Shown here in pieces: positions 58,667-64,000 of a stretch of 64,000 nt of DNA. The notes beneath the pieces were generated by a model, which saw only the letters and a list, made by a program, of their open reading frames with translations, had not been told where the DNA came from and did not search any database. Positions within the stretch are counted from its first letter, which is position 1; each line of letters starts with the position of its first letter. Location: assembly GCA_013824015.1 (NCBI GenBank), contig PNNC01000058.1, forward strand, positions 5,341 to 69,340, read 5' to 3'. The DNA comes from Polaromonas sp. GTDB taxonomy: Bacteria; Pseudomonadota; Gammaproteobacteria; Burkholderiales; Burkholderiaceae_C. A program made the position numbers and the translations under genes.

Positions 58667-61483
58667 ATGTCCAAACCATCCAAGCCTGATACCTCTGCCG
58701 TGAAAACGCCGTCCAACCAACCGGGCGCCAGCCATCCGCTGGACGGCCTGACCGGTGGCGCCTTTTCGGCGCCGACCTCCGGCGAGCGCACCGCGCGCAT
58801 CCGCGAGTGGCTGGCCACCGAGCCCAGCGCCGAACAGATGGCCGAGGTCTACAAGGACCTCGCCAACCGTGACAAGGGCGCGGCCAAGCCGTTGAAGGAA
58901 AAAATCGACGAGGCCAAACGCGCCAGGAACCAGGAAAGCGTGGCCGCCGAGTGGGCTGAAAAAGGCCAGGCCCTGCTGGCGCTGAAAAAACTCAACCTCG
59001 CCGATGCCCTGGCCTGGCAGCGCGATGCGGCCAAGGCCGGTGCGCCGCTGTCGCGTGAACCGCTGGCCGGGCTGAAGGGTCAGCTCGCCGACCGCGTCAA
59101 GACCATCGAGGACCTGCAGCACCGCACCCAGGTGCAGCGCGAAGCCGCGGTGCTGATTGCCCAGCGCATCGAGGTGTTGTCGACCAAGCCCTGGCGCGAT
59201 GCGCAGTCCGCCTGGGACGCGCTGCGCGCCGACGTCACGCACTGGCAGGGCCAGGCCGACGAGATTGCGCAGGATGCCAACTGGGCCAGCGTGGACGCGA
59301 AGTTCCCGCCGCTGCTCGACGCCTCGCGCGGCCAGTTGCTGGCCGTGTGGGAAGCCTTCCAGGGCGCCTTGTCACTGGCCGTGGCCGCCGCTGAAGATGC
59401 AGCCGCACCGCTGCCCGCCGTGCCGGTCTGGGCCGACGAATTGCGCGCGGCCCGCGGCCAGCCGCGTGCCGCCGAGGGCGCGGCCGGCGAGCCCGCTGCG
59501 CGCGCGCCCAAGGCCAAAATCGATCCGGCCGTGCTCAAGGAGATGCGTGAAAAGTCGGCCGCCATCGTGCAGGCCGCGCTCGCCAAACTCGAGCATGAGG
59601 TCACCGAAGGCCACGGCAAGTCCACGCCCAAGGTCGCCGCCGAATTGCGCCAGGCGCTCAAGGACAACATCCGCAACATCGACAGCACGCTGGAGGCCGC
59701 GGCCCATGCGGCGCTGACCTCCGCCGGTGAACTCGAAGGCTGGCAGCGCTGGCGCGCCGACCAGATCCGCGAAGAGCTGGTCGCCAAGGCCGAGGCGCTG
59801 GTGGCCAAACCGCTGGGCGGGCGCAAGCAGCAGGAAGCGCTGCGTGCGATGCGTGAACTCTGGAAAACCAGCGACCAGGGCGGCACACCCAACCACGCGC
59901 TGTGGAAACGTTTTGACGATGCCTGCAACGAAGCCCACAAGGTGGTCGAGGTCTGGCTGGAAAAAGTCAAGGAGCAGACCGAAGCCGTCAAGGCCGAACG
60001 CCGCCTGCTGATTGACGAGGTGCTGGCCTGGGCCGCAGCCAACCAGGGCAACACCGACTGGAAACACCAGATCCGCAGCCTCAACGGTTTTGTCGAGAAG
60101 TGGACGGCAGCCGGCCACCTGAGCGAAAAAGCCTTTGCCGAGATCCAGCCGCAGTGGAAGGCCGCGATGGACCAGGCCGACGCGGCGCTCAAGGCCGCGC
60201 GCGCCGACAGCCTGGCGCGCCGCAAGGCCATGATCGAGGAAGCCCAGCTGCTGGGCGCCGAGCCGCAGCTGCGCATCGACGCCGTCAAGCAGTTGCAGCA
60301 GCGCTGGCAGCATGAGGCCCAGGGCGTGCCGATCGAGCGCAAGCAGGAGCAAAAACTCTGGGACGCCTTCCGCAAGCCGATCGACGACGCCTTCCAGCGC
60401 AAGACCGCCGAGCGCGAAAAAGCCGCGTCCACGCTGGGCGAACATGACCGCCGGGTGCTGGAGTTGTCGAAAGCACTGGATGCCGCCAATGCCAGCGGCG
60501 ACGTGCAAAAAATCCGCGTCGCGATGGCCGACCTCGAAGCCGGTTTGCGCGGCCAGTTCAAGCCGGCGGCCGCGCCGGCGCCCGCTGCCAGTGCACCGGC
60601 AGACCCGGCCGCAAGCCCGGTTGCTGAATCAAATCAGGCGCCAGCCCCTGATGCGCCTGAGCAAGTTGCTCCTGAAACCATAGCAGACGGTGCCGAGCCT
60701 GCTGAAGCGGCCAGCGCATCGGCAGAGCCTGCGGCGGAGGAGGACAGTTCCGCTCCGGCCGATGCCGCGCCTGCGCCAGCCGCCCCGCCGCCCAAACCGG
60801 CCAAACCGGTGGTCGCCATGCGCGGCGACGACCGCCCCGGCATGCGCAAGGCCGAGGCTGCGCCTGCGGGCCGCGGCGGCAAGTTCGGCGACCGCAAGGA
60901 TGCGCGCCCCGGTGGCGGCAAGCCCGACGGCCGCGGCAACCGTCCCGCCGACAACAAGTTCGAGCCCTACCGTCCCGAGCGCGAGGGCCGCTTCAACGAC
61001 CGGCCGGCGTATGAAGAACGCGGCCCGCGACTGGGCGACGCGGCCTTCCGCGCACAACGCGAAGCCTTCGAACATGCGCAACAGGCCTTGCGCAAGCTGT
61101 CTGAACAGGCGCATGGCGAAGTGCTGACCCACCTGCTGACGGCCTGGGAAAAACGCGACCCGGCGCTGCTGCCCGATGCCCAGGCGCTCGGCAAGCTGGT
61201 GACGCCGGCGACCCGCAGCGCATGGATGAAAGCGCTGTCGTCCGCGCCCAAGGGCGATGCCGCAGAAACCCTGCTGCGGCTGGAGATTGCCGCCGAGCTG
61301 CCAACCCCGGCCGAACACCTGAGCGCGCGCCGCATGCTGCAACTGGTGCTGTTGACCAAACGCAACGACCCGACGCCGGCGCAGACCTGGGGTGACGACA
61401 CCGCCAAGGTGCTGGCCGCGCCCTACGACGCGGCGCATGTGCGGCGGTTGCAGAATGTGCTGAAGGCCTTGCTGAAACGATGA
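58667..61483 (+). CDS. DUF349-type helical repeat protein
   Basis: Repeats such as LWKRFDDACN and LWDAFRKPID; coiled-coil, low-complexity linker. Confidence 0.78.
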   Translation: MSKPSKPDTSAVKTPSNQPGASHPLDGLTGGAFSAPTSGERTARIREWLATEPSAEQMAEVYKDLANRDKGAAKPLKEKIDEAKRARNQESVAAEWAEKGQALLALKKLNLADALAWQRDAAKAGAPLSREPLAGLKGQLADRVKTIEDLQHRTQVQREAAVLIAQRIEVLSTKPWRDAQSAWDALRADVTHWQGQADEIAQDANWASVDAKFPPLLDASRGQLLAVWEAFQGALSLAVAAAEDAAAPLPAVPVWADELRAARGQPRAAEGAAGEPAARAPKAKIDPAVLKEMREKSAAIVQAALAKLEHEVTEGHGKSTPKVAAELRQALKDNIRNIDSTLEAAAHAALTSAGELEGWQRWRADQIREELVAKAEALVAKPLGGRKQQEALRAMRELWKTSDQGGTPNHALWKRFDDACNEAHKVVEVWLEKVKEQTEAVKAERRLLIDEVLAWAAANQGNTDWKHQIRSLNGFVEKWTAAGHLSEKAFAEIQPQWKAAMDQADAALKAARADSLARRKAMIEEAQLLGAEPQLRIDAVKQLQQRWQHEAQGVPIERKQEQKLWDAFRKPIDDAFQRKTAEREKAASTLGEHDRRVLELSKALDAANASGDVQKIRVAMADLEAGLRGQFKPAAAPAPAASAPADPAASPVAESNQAPAPDAPEQVAPETIADGAEPAEAASASAEPAAEEDSSAPADAAPAPAAPPPKPAKPVVAMRGDDRPGMRKAEAAPAGRGGKFGDRKDARPGGGKPDGRGNRPADNKFEPYRPEREGRFNDRPAYEERGPRLGDAAFRAQREAFEHAQQALRKLSEQAHGEVLTHLLTAWEKRDPALLPDAQALGKLVTPATRSAWMKALSSAPKGDAAETLLRLEIAAELPTPAEHLSARRMLQLVLLTKRNDPTPAQTWGDDTAKVLAAPYDAAHVRRLQNVLKALLKR
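60626..60685 (-). repeat. Family-1 repeat (diverged) inside the DUF349 gene
   Basis: aaatcaggcgccagcccctg..gctcctgaaaccatagca. Confidence 0.7.
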
Positions 61484-62148
61484 ATGCGCTGGCGCAGCCT
61501 GTGCCTGCCGGGCAGGACAGGACGCAGGGCCTGGGCGAGGAAATCGCCAACAGCGTCAGTCACGGGCTGGCCCTGCTTGCGGTGCTCGTGGCAACACCTT
61601 TCCTGCTGGGGGCTGCCGTGCAGCGCGGCGATGCGGGCGCTGTGGTCGGTGCCAGCATCTTTGCCGCGGCGATGGTGCTGCTGTACAGCGCTTCCATGCT
61701 GTACCACGCGCTGCCGCCCAACCGGGCCAAGCGGGTGTTCCAGATTCTGGACCACGGCGCGATCTACCTGTTGATTGCCGGTACCTACACACCGTTCACG
61801 CTGGGCGTGTTGCGCGGCCCCTGGGGCTGGACGCTGTTCGGCCTGGTCTGGACCATGGCGCTGGCGGGCGTTGCGGTGAAGGCGGTAGCCGGCATCCGTT
61901 ATCCGCGCCTGTCCACCGCGCTGTACCTTGCGATGGGCTGGATTGCGCTGATCGCGGTCAAGCCGATGTGGGAACTGATCCCCGGCTGGGGCCTGTTCTG
62001 GCTGCTGGCCGGCGGGCTGGCGTACACGCTGGGGGTGGTTTTTTTCGTCAGCGACAGCCGCTGGCGTTACGGCCATTTTGTCTGGCACCTGTTTGTGGCG
62101 GCGGGCACGGCCTGCCATTTCATCGCGGTGCTTTACTACGCCGGATGA
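61480..62148 (+). CDS. Hemolysin III / PAQR family membrane protein
   Basis: EEIANSVSHG, SMLYH, LDHGAIYLLIAGTYTPF, HFVWHLFV. Confidence 0.92.
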   Translation: MNALAQPVPAGQDRTQGLGEEIANSVSHGLALLAVLVATPFLLGAAVQRGDAGAVVGASIFAAAMVLLYSASMLYHALPPNRAKRVFQILDHGAIYLLIAGTYTPFTLGVLRGPWGWTLFGLVWTMALAGVAVKAVAGIRYPRLSTALYLAMGWIALIAVKPMWELIPGWGLFWLLAGGLAYTLGVVFFVSDSRWRYGHFVWHLFVAAGTACHFIAVLYYAG

Positions 62149-62309
62149 CCACCGGCTGCGCCGCACGGCGCAGCGGTACACGCCCGGGGGTTTTGGGGTT
62201 GTGCTGGAGTTTCCTGATCGCCAGTGCCAGCTCCATATCGTCGCGCGCCACGCCGGAGGCGTGTGCCGGTGGAGCGTGCGGAATGGGCACTGGCGCCAGC
62301 TGGCGCGTG

Positions 62310-63095
62310 TCACCCCAGCGCTGGCGGCTGATCGGTCCTGAAAAACCGGTCGAACAGCGGGGTCAGCGCCGGAAAGTCTTCGTTAAAGCGCGACCGGTTC
62401 ACGAAGTAGGCCTCGCAGGCCACCGCAAAAAACTCGGCCGGTGCGGTGGCGCCATACGGGTCCAGCCAGGTCGGCTCGCCACCGAAACGTTCGGCGATGG
62501 TGACCTTCTCGCGAAAGCCGTCATACGCCGCCTGCATGGTGTCGTGCCAGATGCCGCGCGCCGCGCGCGAGGGCAGCGGCGGGCAACCGTCGGGCGTGCC
62601 GTCACGCATGTCGATCTTGTGGACGAACTCGTGGATCACCACGTTGTAGCCGTGGCCGGCCAGGTCTCCGGCGCTGGCCACGTCCTGCCAGCTCAGGGTC
62701 ACCGGCCCGCCTTCCATGGCTTCACCGGCCAATACCTCGCTGTAGCGGTGCACCACGCCGGCTTCGTCGGTCTGCTCGCGGCGCGCCAGCATCTGGCCCG
62801 GGTGCACCACGATGCCGACAAAATCGTCGTACCAGTCCAGGCCCAGCTGCAGCACCGGCAGGCAGGCCTGCGCGGCAATCGCCACCGCGATGGCATCGGT
62901 GATGACCAGGCCCTGCGCGCCGTGGAATTCCTTTTGCGCGAGAAAGCGCCCGCTCAGCGTGCGCAGCGCGTTGCGCTGGCTGTCGGGCAACTGCGCCAGG
63001 AAGGGGTAGTCGGCCAGCGTGGCCTGCCAGAGCGCGTCGGGGATGTCGCGCCCGGCCGGCTGGCCTTTGAGCAGTTTCACAAGCCGGTTCAGCAT
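62310..63095 (-). CDS. MtfA-like (M90) zinc-dependent peptidase
   Basis: IAAQACLP, NVVIHEFVHKID (HExxH), EFFAVACEAYF. Confidence 0.9.
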   Translation of the reverse strand: MLNRLVKLLKGQPAGRDIPDALWQATLADYPFLAQLPDSQRNALRTLSGRFLAQKEFHGAQGLVITDAIAVAIAAQACLPVLQLGLDWYDDFVGIVVHPGQMLARREQTDEAGVVHRYSEVLAGEAMEGGPVTLSWQDVASAGDLAGHGYNVVIHEFVHKIDMRDGTPDGCPPLPSRAARGIWHDTMQAAYDGFREKVTIAERFGGEPTWLDPYGATAPAEFFAVACEAYFVNRSRFNEDFPALTPLFDRFFRTDQPPALG

Positions 63096-63883
63096 CAGCT
63101 CAGGGCCATACGCTGCGGGCCTGCTGCAGTCAGGCGCAGCACTTCCAGCCGCGGTGGCGTGGCGGCCGCGTCCCAGTCGCTGAGCACCACGCGCTGCAGG
63201 CCGCCGCCCAGTTCATGGGTGGCCGGCTGGTGCGTATGGCCGTGGATCAGCACCGGCGCCTGCGCTGCCTGCAGCCACAGCCGTGCGGCATCCGCATTGA
63301 CGTCGATGTATGTTTCACCCGACAGGCGGCGCCTGTCGTGCTGCGCGCGGCTCTGCCGGCGCAGATCCTGTGCGATGGCCTGACGTTCGTCCAGCGCTTT
63401 GCCCAGGAAGGCGTGTTGCCAGGCCGCGCTGCGCACCTGCTCGCGAAAGCGCATGTAGTCCAGATCGTCCAGGCACAGCGCGTCGCCGTGGCTCAGCAAC
63501 CAGCGCTGCCCGGCGAAGTCCAGCAGCGTGGGGTCGTCCAGCAGGGTGCTGCGGCAACGCGTCATCAGGGCCGCGCCCACCAGGAAGTCGCGGTTGCCAT
63601 GCATGACAAACAGCGCCAGGCGTTCGCCGGCCTGTTGCAGCACCTGCGCGCAGGCCGCATCGAAGCCGGAGCGATCGCCATCCACCACATCGTCACCGAC
63701 CCAGACGTCGAACAGGTCGCCGAGAATGAACACGGCGTCGGCCGGCGTGCCTGCCATGTAGGCCTGCCAGGCGGCGAAGGTGGCCGGCTCACTGGCCTGC
63801 AAATGGATGTCGGAAATGAAATCGACCGTGCGCCAGGCCGCCGGAGCGGTCAGCTCGGCGATCCGGGGCACGGCCGTGGCCAT
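63095..63883 (-). CDS. lpxH: UDP-2,3-diacylglucosamine diphosphatase
   Basis: SDIHL, GDLFD, GNRDF, HGD, HGHTH, LSDW. Confidence 0.93.
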   Translation of the reverse strand: MATAVPRIAELTAPAAWRTVDFISDIHLQASEPATFAAWQAYMAGTPADAVFILGDLFDVWVGDDVVDGDRSGFDAACAQVLQQAGERLALFVMHGNRDFLVGAALMTRCRSTLLDDPTLLDFAGQRWLLSHGDALCLDDLDYMRFREQVRSAAWQHAFLGKALDERQAIAQDLRRQSRAQHDRRRLSGETYIDVNADAARLWLQAAQAPVLIHGHTHQPATHELGGGLQRVVLSDWDAAATPPRLEVLRLTAAGPQRMALS

Positions 63884-63908
63884 GGACACCTTGTCGGGCC
63901 GGGGCGGC

Positions 63909-64000
63909 TTAAAGCGCGACCGCTTTTTCGATCACGACGTCGGTCTGCGGCACATCGCTGTGGCCGCCCTTGCTGCCGGTCTTGACGGCTTCAATTTTGT
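63909..64000 (-). CDS. ppiB: Cyclophilin-type peptidyl-prolyl isomerase, 3' end only
   Basis: Minus strand reads KIEAVKTGSKGGHSDVPQTDVVIEKAVAL*; ppiB-lpxH synteny. Confidence 0.8.
   Translation of the reverse strand, partial: KIEAVKTGSKGGHSDVPQTDVVIEKAVAL

Noticed and set aside
62120-62310. Possible short minus-strand ORF or remnant (..DDMELALAIRKL..) between hemolysin III and mtfA-like genes
   Set aside because: Short, no convincing start, RBS or family match; overlaps the opposite gene end.
1-64000. CRISPR array, tRNA/rRNA genes, transposases, integrases, prophage or defence systems
   Set aside because: No regularly spaced direct repeats, tRNA cloverleaves or matching protein motifs were seen.

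Overview
GC-rich betaproteobacterial chromosome segment; gene content and repeat families suggest Comamonadaceae (Polaromonas/Variovorax-like), which is an inference. From left to right: an aryl polyene/xanthomonadin-type pigment cluster (1-14319, truncated at the left edge); suhB, trmJ, cysE; egtD; a tlpA / Tgl-like / Tat-transglutaminase locus; rluA-trmB-gluQ; a LysR-pirin-DoxX-WrbA-OsmC-pirin redox cluster; egtB, trhO-like, dnaE; ybgC-tolQRA; nusB-rib genes; a type IV minor pilin cassette; nrdR; glyA with a ZMP/ZTP riboswitch; a lytic transglycosylase; DUF748 and DUF349 proteins; hemolysin III, MtfA-like, lpxH and a cyclophilin 3' end. Three observations stand out. (1) A ~60-65 bp palindromic repeat lies both between genes and inside intact housekeeping ORFs, read in different frames and strands, like Rickettsia palindromic elements. 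(2) A homolog of the Bacillus spore-coat transglutaminase Tgl with an altered active site sits between a Tat-type thioredoxin and a Tat-type transglutaminase. (3) A candidate ~165 nt sRNA has its own sigma70 promoter, hairpins and terminator at 54296-54460. All calls come from reading the sequence and recalled motifs; no searches were run, and several start codons were re-picked by eye.
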